Source: the human T2T-CHM13v2.0 reference genome, Homo sapiens | Length of the DNA stretch: 64,000 nucleotides | Direction: 5' to 3' (one strand) | Assembly: GCF_009914755.1 (NCBI RefSeq) | Contig: NC_060927.1 | Shown: one piece after another, positions 29,360 to 43,745 of the stretch | Numbering within the stretch: the stretch's first letter is position 1 | Layout: each line of letters starts with the position of its first letter | Translations under genes and position numbers: made by a program | Notes under the pieces: generated by a model | What the model was told of the DNA's origin: nothing | What the model saw: the letters and a program-made list of their open reading frames with translations, nothing else | The model's database searches: none

Positions 29360-29960
29360 AGGCACAGTCCATGCAGCAGAAGCTACATTACAGAGGAGGC
29401 ATTTGAGAAGGGCTTTGAAGGACAAATGTGCTTTTTCAAAAGAACATATGGCATACAGCATTCTAGGAATAAAAGTAGCACGAGCAAAATGGTGGAGCTA
29501 AAAATATACAGGGTAATCTGAAATACAGTGAATAAAGCATTCTGGATTATCTATCAAAGGTAGGGAGTGATATGCTTCCAGAAGTAATTAAGAATAAACT
29601 AGAAAACTTTCTTTATCAAAAGTCCTTGTCATTAATTTGTCAGCAATAAGCAGTTATTAGAGTTTTGAGAACCTAAATGGTATGAATAAACCCATACATT
29701 AGGAAGAACAATCTAGCTATGCTATGTTGGTTGGCTTAAAATGTCTCCAGTCAAAACCTTAAGATCTTGAACTTGGGTCACATGAAAGAAAATGGAAAAA
29801 GAAAACATTGCAGAAATAGAATCTACATTATTTGACAGCTTGCCAGGTAAAGAACTAAATGTGAGTATGGCTTTTTGAATCTAGGTAACTGAAAAAAAAT
29901 TGGTATATTTAATAGCAAATGAAAAATTTGTAAAGAAAGCTGGTTTAGGAAGGATGATAA
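29360..29960 (-). mobile_element. L2 fragments
   Basis: atttgagaagggctttgaagga, cagcattctagg and gctggtttagga L2-like motifs. Confidence 0.5.
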
Positions 29961-31399
29961 TTCAGTCATTTTATTTATTTGTTTTTACATTATTTGAAAA
30001 CATATGAAGGAGATAAAACGCTAGGAATAAAATAAATTATAAAAGTAAATCTAAGATTACATAAATAAGAGGAAAAAGCTTTCATCAAAACATAGAAACA
30101 AAGAACAAAAACAATTTTTAAATATGAGATGTTAAATCCAGCTGTTGCCTATTATAATCATTAGTAAATGTCTGTTTGTTCGGATAATTTTAGTCACTAA
30201 GCATTGTATGGATAGTACATGCCTAAAAGAAAATAAGCTAGCACTAAGATTATCACCAAGGACAAACTGTGTAGATGCTAAACAGGATAGACTAGAAGGT
30301 AAAACCTAATTAGAAGGCAAAGCTTCATGATTCGGTTACAAAAGCTTCATGATTTGGTTACATGGAGATAAATGTGCATGCCCAGTCTGGGTGTAGAAGT
30401 AGGCTACATTATTGGACAGCACAGAGAATAGAATGAGTCCAGAAAGACTAAGTTGTATAAACCTTGTTAAAATAAAAAGAGGGGAGACACAGGCCTTAAC
30501 TTTTGTGTAACTATAAATCCAAAAATATATAGCACCCAATAAGGGTGCTATATCCATACGGGATATAGCACCCTTATTGCTTATCCCACCATGGTCTGTC
30601 AATGTGATCAATAAATCCTATATTCCAATAACCACATAGCAATACCTAGGTCCCTCACATGCTTCTACTAACTAGTTGACATCTCTACCTAAAAGAAACC
30701 ACATCTGGGAAAATGTAGCAATTCACTCTCCTGGTGTCTCCTGTGAGTGCATAAAGTTTGCCCTGCCCCCGCTATCATGTCAGAGAGAGGTGACCACCCA
30801 GAGGGATAAATAGAACAGAGGGACAATATATAGTAAATATATGGTCTCAAAAATCCAATAGTCATCAATACTGCTTAAGTGAAAAATTAGCTGGAGTGTA
30901 GGAAAGGAAAAGAGAAAGAAAGAGGAAAAAATAGAGATATAGATGATATACAGATATAGATATAGCTAGATATAGATAAATATAAACATATTAACTATGT
31001 ATAGATAGAAGCCCCTGATGAGAATGATAATAAAAACCCAAAAATTTCTAGCAGCCTGAGCAAATGGATTACATAATCCTCTATCTATAAGAAGCACAGA
31101 AATATAGAAGAAAGGTTTTGAGAGGAAGCTATATAAAGAAGTCATTTATATAATGTATTTAAGTAATATAATTACATAAATATGAAAAAATGAGAGGATC
31201 ATCATTCAATAATCACTGTTTTTCAATCATTCTTTAAATGTTTATAATTATATGCTATAAACGCAGTACAGTGTTGTCAACAGGGGGCACTTCAGTGAAC
31301 ACGAAGGCATATACTTTGTTCTCATCATTTTGATTTTGGATCCGTGAAGGGAAGGCAGAGATTCAGCATTATTAAAGAGTGGCAATTTTTATGAGAGAC

Positions 31400-33260
31400 A
31401 TTTCTTTGATTTTCTGACCTTCAAATGAATTACAAAGACATTTTCTTTTGTATTAATCATATAATGACCTATTACTGAATTCTCTAGCTGTTTATGCTAG
31501 ATTTTCTCTTAATTCTTTTTGGGTTTCAGGTATAAAATCATGCCATCTGAAAATGTTAAGAATTTTGTAAATCCTTCTTTGCTTTTTAGCCACATATTTA
31601 TTTTACTTTTCAATTTCAGTCCTATCACTGACAGGAAAAATTAAATAAAATTGGCAATAGAGATCTTTCTTGTCTTATTCTTGTAAATAAAGGGAAAATT
31701 TCAAATTTCATTAGTACCCAAGATACTGGTTAATGATGTTACCTATGTCCACATATCTTTATATTTCATTAGGAATTTTTATCAGAATGAAGTTTAATTT
31801 CACCAAATACCTTGTTTGCTAAATATGAAAATAATATTGTTGTTTCTAGTACTGATTAATATGTTTAATAATGTTAATCAACATTCAAATATTGAATTAA
31901 GCCTGCCATTTTGGGATGAATAATATTTGTCATGGTAGTTTTCCTTTTGAAAAAAATAACAAAATAATAGTATAACAATATAAGGGATATAGACTTATCA
32001 TCCATAACTAACAAATGCTAACACATTTTACACTGCCTAAAATTTAAATGTGTGTATGAATATACACATATATGTATTCATATGAAGTTCCTGATTTCAT
32101 CTTCTCATTCCAACTTCCTTTATTTCTTCCTTCTACAGAATACAGCTTTATAATTATCCTAATATATTTAGCCCATGCATCTGTTCTTTTATTAACATTT
32201 TATCACACAACACACACGCACACAAGTGAACACACACACACATAACACCTGTGGTATTGTTTTGTATGTTTTAATATATGTAAGAGTAACCATTCTCCAT
32301 GTCTTTTGATGTGACTTGGATATTTTGGTATATTGCTTATATCTCTCCATTAGCATGTGCTTCTTTGAGACTATTTTAGTTCACTTTTTTGATTTCATGA
32401 ATAAATGTTTGATAATAATTTTCATCAGTTTGGAGGTTATAGCATTTTTCATGTGGCTTTTTTCTTTAACTTGCTTGTTTTCCTTGTTTCCCTCTTTGCT
32501 GCTTGTATATGTAATGGTGGCCTATGCTACCTCCTGTATATCCCACAGACACTTCCCTCCATTTTCACAATTTGTGAGCCATGCGGTCCAAGACTGTCAT
32601 AATAATCCCAGAGTCTGGTCCCAACACCCTTGCACATAGCCTGCCTCTGGGTATGGTTCTCTTCTATTCTGGTCCACAGTGGTTTTCTTCCTTTCTTAAC
32701 TCAAGTTAAGTATTGAGTTGTATGTTTTTATTCTATAATGTCTATGTGTTTTGAGCAAGGCGAAGGTTTCAGCATATGCCCAAGATTCCACTTTGAAATG
32801 GAAGTCTTCAACAGAGAAGACTGATTATATTGTTCCTGGCTAACAGGGGGTCTCCTTGGTTTTCAGGGAAATAACTTAGTCACCATTTTATTTTATTCTG
32901 TAACAATGCCTTAGTTGACTGCCACCAAACCACAGTCTGATATATTTACAGCCTGCTTTTGGCAAAGCTGATATGATTGAAAGTTTCTTTTTTTTAGCCC
33001 CACAACCTCTGTTTCTGTGGTAAGATACCAAATGGGGCTAAAGTAATGTTCTAGGAGCTCTTCTGGGCAGTCAGCACCCCTTCCAGTGCTACAGTAGACA
33101 AGATTGTGCCAAATTTCTAGCTTCATTGAAGCTGTAGTTTTGTTTTATTCTTGTTGGTTTTGCTTTGCTTTGTTTTGTTTTTCCAGTGTATTCAGCTGGT
33201 TTCAGGGTAAGAGACCGATTATATGTTTTCTATGCCATTTTAAACCAGAATTATTCAGGC
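31400..33260 (-). mobile_element. Highly decayed L1M(E) fragments
   Basis: tataaaatcatgccatctgaaaat and tcttgtcttattcttgtaaataaaggg antisense ORF2 motifs. Confidence 0.5.
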
Positions 33261-33759
33261 TATCCTTAAAGCTTAGTTAATATTAAAATATATATACAAC
33301 ACAGATTCAAGAACAGTTTGTCCTGGATTATACAATTCATTATTTTAAAGTTCCTGTCTCCTTCTCCACATAATTTCATTTAGAGTACCATTTTTTTTGT
33401 TTGAATGTTTGGCTGTTTCTTAGTTTGGAAAGTTTGCCTCTTGCTAAAATAAGCATTTTAAAATAATGGTTTGTGTTCTAATTATAAAAAGAATGCCTAA
33501 TTGTTTTAGAAATTTTTGGAAAAGCCAAAAGAAACAGATGGAAGAAACCAATATAATTATTTTCTCCAAAATTTCTCAAGATCTTCTCTGAGGCAAAAAC
33601 TTATGAACAAAACGTGTTCAATGCTTTTCTCCATCTGATTAGAATGCTTATTTTTTCCACAAGTAACATAGCTCACAATAATTTATCTCTTATGGAATCT
33701 AGATAATTATAACATTTACTATAAGCCTCCTTTGAGATTTTTTTTTTGTTAAAAAAATA

Positions 33760-33880
33760 TTTTAAAGACAAGGTCTCACTATGTTGCCCAGGCTGGTCTC
33801 CAACTCCAGGCTCAAGCTGTCCTTCCACCTCAGCCTCTCAAATAGCAGGGAATAATACAGGCTTGCACCACCATGCCCAG
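33760..33880 (-). mobile_element. FLAM / Alu left monomer
   Basis: agacaaggtctcactatgttgcccaggctggtctc...caccatgcccag. Confidence 0.9.
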
Positions 33881-34029
33881 TGGGATTTGCTTACTTAAGT
33901 TTCTTTGAAAGTTTAGAACATCATTACTAGAAATGTTAGGAATAAAAGAACGCATTGATAATAATCCCACTTAAGCTTTAATGTCCAAAAAGCTAAATTA
34001 ATTCAGAGAAAGGAATTGTGAGTTGCACA

Positions 34030-34041
34030 TACTATACTATC

Positions 34042-34084
<43 letters not shown>

Positions 34085-34600
34085 GTCAAATTACCCACAA
34101 CTTAGTAATGTGATACTCACCGACTCTCTGGGTAAGGGATTTGGACAGAACATAGAAGAGAAGACTGTCTTTGCATCATAATGTCTCAGGCCTCATCTGA
34201 AAGACCCAAAGGGTGGGGACTGGAATCATCTGAAGGCTCATTCATTCACTTATCTGGAAATTTATATTGACCCTTGGCTGGAGATCTCCATTCCTTTCTA
34301 TGTGAGCCTCTTCATGTCTCTCTCTGTGGACTAGAATGAGCTTCTTCCATGGTATAAGGAATGGGTTCCAGGGAAATCTATTAGAAAGACAGAAATAGGC
34401 CAAAGTCACATCCTCTTTTATGTTATAGCCTCTGTAGTAAGGCAGCATTACTTACACTACATTCTGTTTGTAGAAGCAGCCATGAAACCCTGTCCTGCCC
34501 AGGTTCAAGGGTAGAAAAAATAGATTCTACCTCTTGAAGGGGAGTGGCTTTCTGGAAAAACAAGTGGGACCTGAAATATTACTGTGGTCATTTTAGGAAA
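34030..34600 (-). mobile_element. MLT1H-like LTR
   Basis: aaattacccacaacttagt, ctggaatcatctgaaggctcattc and attctacctcttgaagggg. Confidence 0.75.
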
Positions 34601-35619
34601 AAATAATCCTTCAGTGATAGAACACAGAGAGTAAAAGGTAATAGGGAATGGCCCTTCCCTTCTGGAACAGTTGCTCTATTGAACAGAGAACAAAGTTCCT
34701 CTCCCTCAGAGCTATTATTGGGTGCTTCCATGGGATTGCCTAGGACTTGGGTGTAAGGGGACAAAGGAAATAAAAAGAAGATTTCTACAATCTCTCAGAG
34801 CTTGTAAAGTCTCCTTCCTCAAGCCAGAATTGGAGTGGCTTCTGCTGGAGTGCTCTGTACCACAGTTCATTTCTGAGATTTGGGCAGAAGGATACTACGA
34901 GGGAAATGGTAAACTCACCCTCAGAGCCATGGTACTTCAAATTCTGGTGTTCTTCCCCCCGCCACAAGCTGCTACCTACCATTCAGAAGTTTCAAATAGC
35001 TGCTCCATGTATTCTAATATTTATAATTTTACAAAGTGGGAGAACTGAAACTGTTCTGAAGAGAATTTATAAATAAAAAATATATAATACCTATCATAAA
35101 AACGATTATAAATATATACATGTAATAAAACATTATACTTATATTTTAAAAGTGAATTGAATCTATCTATATACACATAATCACATGAATAAGCTCCAAA
35201 AATTATCCAAGTAAAGTAAGTTGTAAAAGAACACATGTATTGTACAATACTTTTTGTGTAATTATTAAAAATTATATCAAATATTAGAGAATATACAGAG
35301 GATGAAATTTGAAAGACTAACCAGTAAATAGTTAATGCTGACTATTGTTAGTGGGGAGGATAATAAAGAATATTTACATTCTGTATTATAAATTTTACCA
35401 ATTTTGTAACATAAATTTTCTCACATGTTAATATCTAAAAACAGGTATGTCTTTTAATCTCCATAGACCAGGTAGCAGTTTGGATTTAACATGGCGTTGT
35501 ACTTCCATCCAGTCTTGCATAATGATTGTCAGTGGCTTGGATAGAGAAAAGTAGCATAGTCTTTTAAGAAATGGTGTATTAGCAGTGCTCTTAATGGAAT
35601 ACAGGAAAATTCTGTGGGA

Positions 35620-37320
35620 AAAACTACCTTACACCTTACTGAACATATTATAAGACCTCAATGAAGAGAACATTTTAAAAGAAAAGAATTAAATATCTAA
35701 ATAAATGGAGGAATATATCATTTTCATGGAGTCAAATAAATGGTGCTGGGCCTATTAGATATCCTTATGAATAACTTGATCCCACTCACATAGCAAATCA
35801 ATTCTAGGCAGAATATAGACCTAAGTAAAAGTGGAAAATAACATTTAAAAAAAATTCTAAGACTTTATATTTATGAATTTGGCATACAGAAAGATATTCC
35901 AATTGAAACAAACAAAAAAATCATAAAAATATTGATAAACATTAAACAATTTAAAATGTTTATTAATCCAAAAACATAATTAAGAGTACACAGAGGCAAG
36001 TCACAGTAGGGGCCAAAACATTTGCAATCCCTGTAATTAATAGAGGACTAAGATCCAGAATACATAAAACAACTTCTACAAATAAAACTAAAAGACACAC
36101 AGAATTGAATAGAAAAATGGGCAAAATACTTGAGAAGACTCTTCACAAAAAAGATTCAAAAAGCCAGTAAAAATTCTGAAAATATGCTTAAAATGCTCAT
36201 CCCATTAGTAATAAAATAAATGCGAATTTAAATATAATACTAGTTTAACTGGAAACACTATTACACATGCACCACAATGCCTAAAGTGAAAAAGACTAAT
36301 AAAACTTTTAGCAAAATGCAAAGAAAATAATCAAAACTTTGAAAAACTACATATGTCAGTAAAAATATTTTAATCACTTTAGAAATTAGCATGACAGAGG
36401 CCTGGCGCGGTGGCTCACGCCTGTAATCCCAGCACTTTGGGAGGCCGAGGAGGGCCGATCATGAGGTCAGGAGATCGAGACCATCCTGGCTAACATGGTG
36501 AAACCCCGTCTCTACTAAAAATACAAAAAAAATTTGCCGGGCATGGCAGTGTGCGCCTGTAGTTCCAGCTACTCCCGAGGCTGAGGCAGGAGAATGGCGT
36601 GAACCTGGAGGCGGAGCTGGCAGTGAGCCAAGATCATGCCACTGCACTCCAGCCTGGGAGGCAGAGCAAGACTCCATCTCAAAAACAAAAACAAAAACAA
36701 AAAAAGAAATTAGCATGACAGTGTCACTTGAAATGGAATATACTTATGGACAATGACCATGCTTTTTCACTCCTAGGTATGTATCCCATAAACATGTATA
36801 CCTGTGCCCCAAGAAACATGTAATTAACTATTCAAAAAAGCATTACTTATAATATTCTCAAACAGAAAATAACCAAAATGTTCATCCACTACAGAACAGA
36901 TAAATAAAATACACTATATTCTATCAATGGAATACTGTATTGTGATGAAAATGAATTAAACTACAGCTCACACATAAAATACATTAATTTCAAAAATATA
37001 GTTTTAAGCCAAAGAAGCTATACACACACCCATGCTATATGCACATGCATGTGCAGCCATGCTATATTATTCAATTTCTATAAAATTCATAACAGACAAA
37101 ACTACAAAACAGTCTTATAAGTCAGAAAAGTGGCTACTTTGGGGATGGAAGGAGGAAAAATAGATTTAGATATGTCAGAGATGGCATAAGAGGAACTTTT
37201 TGATTTTTCTAAGCAATATTTCATTTTTATGTGTGTCATGCCTCAGGTGTTTACTTTGTAATATGTTACTGTACTCTACTTAATTTTTATATTTCCTATA
37301 AGTCAGCATTTTAAAAGTAA
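35620..37320 (+). mobile_element. L1ME-type ORF2 3' end and 3'UTR
   Basis: aaataaatggtgctggg, agaaaaatgggcaaaatacttga and ttcactcctaggtatgtatccc. Confidence 0.8.
36399..36704 (+). mobile_element. AluY
   Basis: ggagatcgagaccatcctggctaac and gaatggcgtgaacc; 17-bp TSD agaaattagcatgacag. Confidence 0.95.
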
Positions 37321-37386
37321 ACTCTGCATATGAAAATTTAGCTAAAAAATAAACATATTTTACTTCTATTTTTCCTTTTACATATG

Positions 37387-37937
37387 TGTGACAAGTAAAA
37401 TAATAGCACTCAAAGATGTCCACACCCTAGTCCAAAAAACCTGTGCATATGTTACCCTGAATGTTAAAAGGGATTTTTCAGATGTGATTAGGTTAAGGAT
37501 TCTGAGATGGGAGGATTATCCTGGATTAGAGGTGTGGGCCCAAGGCCCAATGTGATCACAAAAGTCCTTCCCTATAAGAGGGAGGCTGGAGGATCAGAGT
37601 CAGAGGAGTTGATGTGATGATCCAAGCACATCAAAGACTGGGGAGGGAAGTGATGGGGAGAAGGGAGAGGGACAGGGAGAGAGGGAGAGAGGCAGAGAAG
37701 GAGGGGGAAATAAATTTGAAGATACTCTGCTGAGAGCTTTAAGATAAAGGAATAGTCTGTGAGGCAAGGGATACAGCAGCCTCTAGAAGCTGAAAAAGCC
37801 AAGGAAATTAATTCACCCCTAAAGCTTCCAGAAAAACACAGCCCTGCTGACTCCCAGAACTGTAAGATAAATCCATATAGCTTTAAACAATTAAGTTGGT
37901 GGTAATTCATTATGGCAACAGTAAGAAATTAATACAA
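37387..37937 (+). mobile_element. MLT1D-like LTR
   Basis: aaagatgtccacacc, tgagatgggaggattatcctggatt, gcctctagaagctgaaaaag; ends ttaataca. Confidence 0.9.
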
Positions 37938-38522
37938 TACGCAAAATGATGGCATGTGACTTGAAGAAAGTCTATGTCTACATGAATTGTAAATATATCT
38001 TTCTAAATGCATACCATTAACATTTTTAAATAAGAAAGTATTACATAATTGTTTAATTACAAAACATTTTTTCTTGGTGATAAGTAAAAAATAGTTGTAT
38101 TATCTCAAATTTGATGAAATATGGAATATAATTTCATATGCTGGAGTTTACATTATAAACACATAATAATCAAATATATATATATACACACACATATGAA
38201 TTAAGAAGTGTTTAAGCATATTTACTTTCTTTCATCAGAATCCATTCTTTAGTTCATAGAGATTAATATCCATAAGACTAATTGAAAGACACGTTTATGA
38301 AAGTGATGGCAAGTGAGTTCCTTTGGATTAATGGGCCTCACTGGCATTGACTACTGTAATCATTAACCATTGTGAAAGAAGTAGAACTTTGCTACTATTC
38401 ACATCCTACAGCTGTGCATGTGACTGTCAACATAGGCTTCTTTGAGGAAAGGTTATCTTTCTGATGCGCTGTCTGAGGTCTTCACAGAAATGTTCAATGT
38501 GTCACATAGGGTCCACTCCAAA

Positions 38523-38636
38523 CTAGGCTATCCCAAACTTACTCTCCAAAATTTGGTTTAAAATCATCCAGTCATTTTCCAACGAGGTGATAACAAATAA
38601 AGAAACAATCAGACAAAAAAACTTTTATTATACAGA
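38523..38636 (-). mobile_element. Possible non-autonomous Helitron relic
   Basis: Minus strand reads A|TCTGTATAATAAAAG...ctggatgattttaaccaaattttgg...CTAG|T. Confidence 0.4.
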
Positions 38637-38798
38637 TTAGTTTCCTATTGACTTTAACTGACAAAACATTTGGACAAGTTTCGTAATGCTGCCATTGTTC
38701 CCTGAATCCACCTTAGAGCATATGTCAGGATGAGGAGTGAGTCTACACTGTTGTAACTTGAGACAGTCTGAGAGAGTTGCTATAAAAATGGCAGAAGC

Positions 38799-39132
<334 letters not shown>

Positions 39133-39264
39133 TCAGAATACCTGGGTGCCATTCTAAGCTCCATTGCTATTTCACACGTGACTGGAATAAATGTAGCACA
39201 GCGTGTGATTCTAAGGTGCTTCAAATCAGGAAGAGAGATGACAAATATTGCCTTTAATCAAACA

Positions 39265-39730
39265 TTTACTTTTTAAACTTTTATTTTAAGTTCAAGGGTA
39301 CAAGTGCAGGTTTGTTACCTAGGTAAACTTGTGTCATGTGGTTTTGTTGTAACAGACTATTGCATCACCCAGGTATTCAGCCTAGTACCCATTAGTTATT
39401 TTTTTCTGGTCCTTCCATCCTCCCACCCTCCACCCTCTGAAAGGCACCAGCGTGTGTTGTTCCCTTCTATGTTTCCATGTGTTCTCACCATTTAGCTCTC
39501 ACTTATATGTGAGAACACGTGACATTTGGTTTTCTGTTCCTGTGTTAGTTTTCTAAGGATAATGGCCTCCAGCTCCATCCATGTTGCTGCAAAGGACATG
39601 ATCTCATTCTTTTTCATGGCTGCATAGTATTCCGTGGTGTATATATACCAGATTTTCTTTATCCAGTCTATCATTGATGGGCATTCAGGTTGATTCCATG
39701 TCTTTGCTATTGTGAATAGTTCTGCAATGA
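39265..39730 (-). mobile_element. 5'-truncated L1PA (about PA13-15) 3' end
   Basis: gtgcaggtttgttac...; ORF2 C-terminal peptide KTWNQPECPSMIDWIKKIWYIYTTEYYAAMKKNEIMSFAATWMELE. Confidence 0.92.
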
Positions 39731-40859
39731 CAAAGAAGTTTCCATTTAAAAACATAACAGTTTAGCAAATGTCTAAAACACCTCCTATAATACGAAGTAC
39801 AACTAAATGTGTCTCTCTTTCTTTCGAAAGATGAAAATCAGGTCAGCCTGTTACTTTACTGTGTTTAAAATATGTGCGCTCAACACCTGAAAAGTTAATC
39901 CACACTTTACTCTTAAAAAGCTAATCTTGTCCTCTTTTATTTACCTTCTAATAACATTTACCACTTATTTAAAGATTGTGGGTAAACAGGAAATCGTTTA
40001 TTATTTTAATATTTCAGAATACTGAAAAGTCAATATTTAGGATTTATTTTCCACAGTTATAAACACAAATGTTTATTTAACATTTCCTTTAAAAAGGTTT
40101 TCAAAAATTTAACTATAATTACACCTTCATGCTAATAATAGTGTGAATGCTTATTAATTAAGTTACTTAACTGAACCATGGAACATATAACACTTAGAAT
40201 CATCACATTTTGAAAACATAGAAAATTGTCATTTTGGGGGTTCATTGATTTATCTAACTTTACTATATTATAAATTATTTATTTATAATATACTCATTGC
40301 CAGCAAAACTTTTTAATAGAGGTTTATAAAGGAAATTATTCAGCTGTGAAATTGGAAGCAAAACTGTTGCAGCTCGACTGAATTTTGTTTTTTACTATTT
40401 CACCAACAGTAATCTGCACTGCTTTTATAGTGCTTCCAACTAAAAAGGATTATCTAGTCAGAATATATCAGTACATAATAAATGTGCTTCATTTCTTCCA
40501 AGTTCTTATAGCTGACAGCCAAAATGAATGTTTGCCTCAGTGCTGGCACCAGGGGTACTTCTGCAGAAACTATTTCATGGTCCATTGAACCCTAAAGGAC
40601 ATTGTTTTTAAAGGCATTTTATCAGAAACAGAGAAGCAAGTTATCGGAGAGGCTATTACAGGTACTACTGAAACTTGAGTATGTACCTCTAGCTTAGTTG
40701 ATATTTTGAAGACACTACTATCTTAAAGTTTTCAGCTATAATTGTGCATTTCTCAAAACCTTTATAATTTTACCCATCTGATAAAATATCTATATGTATG
40801 TATTTGGAAGGTTGGGTAAGAAAGCATAAAAGTTGTAGTGCCTTAAATTATAAATAACG

Positions 40860-41170
40860 ACAGATAGGAGACATTTGCCCCTCCTTTAAAACTTTCATCA
40901 GATATTCTGTTTCCATGAATCCTTACCTGATTTTCCCATCACTAGAAAGAGTTATACACTTGGTGACCTTGCTTTTCTCCTCTGTGCTGCTACTGTAATA
41001 TGTTTAAGACATTTATTGATGCCCTCTCACCAAGCATTGTGTTTGTTTCTTTATATATGCCTTCTCTACAATATTGAATTACTTGAGGGCAGAGTCCAAG
41101 GGTTTCATACTTACATCGTTATGCCAAACACCATGACTCACAACACTGATTTAAAAATTTTGAATATGAA
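40860..41170 (+). mobile_element. L2 3' fragment
   Basis: tgaattacttgagggcagag followed by a degenerate L2 tail. Confidence 0.5.
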
Positions 41171-42239
41171 GCACTTCTCAAAATAAATGATACAAGCTAC
41201 ATCACACATATTATAGAAGGTCACACAACCTTTATGTTTTATGCTTGGGATTTGGCATAATTTCCTGAAGTATTTTTGTTTAAGCTTTGTTCAAATGCCT
41301 TATTGAACATTTTCACATGCAAAAGATATATATCTACATATCTATATCTATATTATCTTCTTATTTTATTAGAGCTAATTTAGGTCAATGTAACCAAATT
41401 CAATTGATGGATAGATGCCATCTTTTCATCTTGTTGGTGAGCAATAAGTTCATAGAGTTAGCTTTTATTTTACCTGAAGCTTTCTACTAATGCATTTATT
41501 TAGTTGATAATTTATAAACTCATTGAATTTTCTTATTAGAAAACACCATGAAAACTATTTAGTCTAACTCCCATTTACTGGCATTTAGTCTATAGCAACT
41601 TCATAAGAAACATCTGTCATTTGTATATGCCTAAAGATTTTAAATGGATTACATTAAAGAATGGCTTACATTTTTGTATGTTTGTATGTTATTTATTTGA
41701 CTGTATACATACATACACACATATACGTATAGACACACACTATATATATGTATATCTTCTTGGTATAAATAATTTGAAAACCATGACTTGTAATTTTTTA
41801 AATGAAAATAGAGTGGCACGGCCAAGATAAAAAGGAAGCCATGCAATCGCTGTATAAAAATATGACTTTCTACTTTTTGAGGTGAAATTGTAAATGTACA
41901 TAAAAATATCTTAACCAAAGTAAGCTTTACAGACATTTAAATCTCATGCAAGTCTTCATTTACAGGATGCAGAGAGATGCTGTGATCTTAAGGATATTAA
42001 TATGGCACATGTAAGAATAGTTTACAAGATTTTTTTATGGTAACCACCAATGAAAGCATATGTACCACTAAGAGACAATTCAATTAAAACAGTCCCCATT
42101 GAGTTGGGAATAAATAGAGATGTAAATAGGAAGCAAATAGAACTCAAAAAGGGAAGTATTTTTCTAGAGAGTAAGCACCATAAGATCCAGCTATATACAT
42201 TTGATACACTGCTTTATGATTCAAGGATTAAAATCTAGT

Positions 42240-42432
42240 CAGAATTCCTAAGAGCGGATTTTGAAATTTCTTTGGGTTATAGAAACCTTTGAGAACTTTG
42301 ATGAAATAAGTGAACAGTCTCCAAAAAAAGAGACGTATATGTACACGACCATGAAACTTTGCATAATATTTTAGGGGATTCATATCTACCTTAAGCCTTA
42401 TTTATAGATAATAGGTTAAGACTTCATGATCT
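42240..42432. mobile_element. hAT-Charlie-type MITE remnant
   Basis: aaactttgcataatattttaggggattcat...aggttaagacttcatg. Confidence 0.45.
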
Positions 42433-42443
42433 AGATAAACTTA

Positions 42444-42766
<323 letters not shown>

Positions 42767-43084
42767 AAAATTATGTCTTCTGACATTGAGTTAGGCTTTA
42801 AAAGACAATGAACAATAAATAATTGAGGCATAAAATTATTAGTAAAGGGTGAAATGTATTTTGCATTGTTGATTAAAGGCAAATTCCTTTTTTTGAAGGT
42901 AGGTTTGTAGGATTGAAATTCCTTTGTAAAATCAGGTGCTGAGCAAGAATTTTCAATGTAATTAATGCCCAGCTCTAGTAAATATAATTAATTCTAGTAG
43001 CTACAACAAACCTACCTCCAAAACTCAAAACTCAGTGCCTGTGACAAGAAAAGGTTGATTATGACTTTTTTAAGTCCATTTTTT

Positions 43085-43745
43085 TTTACCAAAACATGCA
43101 CACAAATGTTTGCAAAAGCATTATTTATAATCACCAAATTTAGAAGCAACCAAGATGTCCTTCACTAGGTCAATGGGTAAATAAACTATGGCACATCCAT
43201 GCAATGGGATATTATTCAGTACTAAAAAGAAATGAGCTATAAAGCGATTTAAAAAAATGGACAAAACTTAAATGTGTATTATTTACATTACTAAGTGAAA
43301 GAAGCTTATCTGAAAACATTACATATTATCTAATTTCAACTATATGGCATTCTGGAAAAGGAAGAAGCATAGAGACAATAAAAAGATCAAAGTTGCCAGG
43401 AATTAGGGGATGAATAAACAGAGCGCAGGAGATTTTTAGGGCAGGGTACTATTCTTTATGACACTATAATCATGGGTACAAGTTATCAGATGCTGGTCAA
43501 AATCCGCAGAACCTCCAACAGCAACAGTGACCCCTAATGTAAACTATGGGCTTTTTGTAAAAATGATGTGTCAATGTAGGTTCATCAACCATAACAAATG
43601 GATGACTCTGATGAAAGATGTTCATAGTGGGCAAGGCTGTGCCTGTGTGCATGTGTGGGGCCGGAGTTAACGAGAACTCTCTGGATTTTCTGCTGAATTT
43701 TGCTGTGAACCTAAGTGTTTTAGACATAAAGTCTATGTAAAAGGA
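43085..43745 (+). mobile_element. L1MC1/2-like 3' end
   Basis: agaagcaaccaagatgtccttca...gtgacccctaatgtaaactatgg. Confidence 0.85.

Noticed and set aside
30935-31005. (GATATA)n-like periodic tract
   Set aside because: Ordinary degenerate microsatellite
32055-32082. tatgaata...tattcata inverted repeat
   Set aside because: Short and within a TA/CA low-complexity tract; expected by chance
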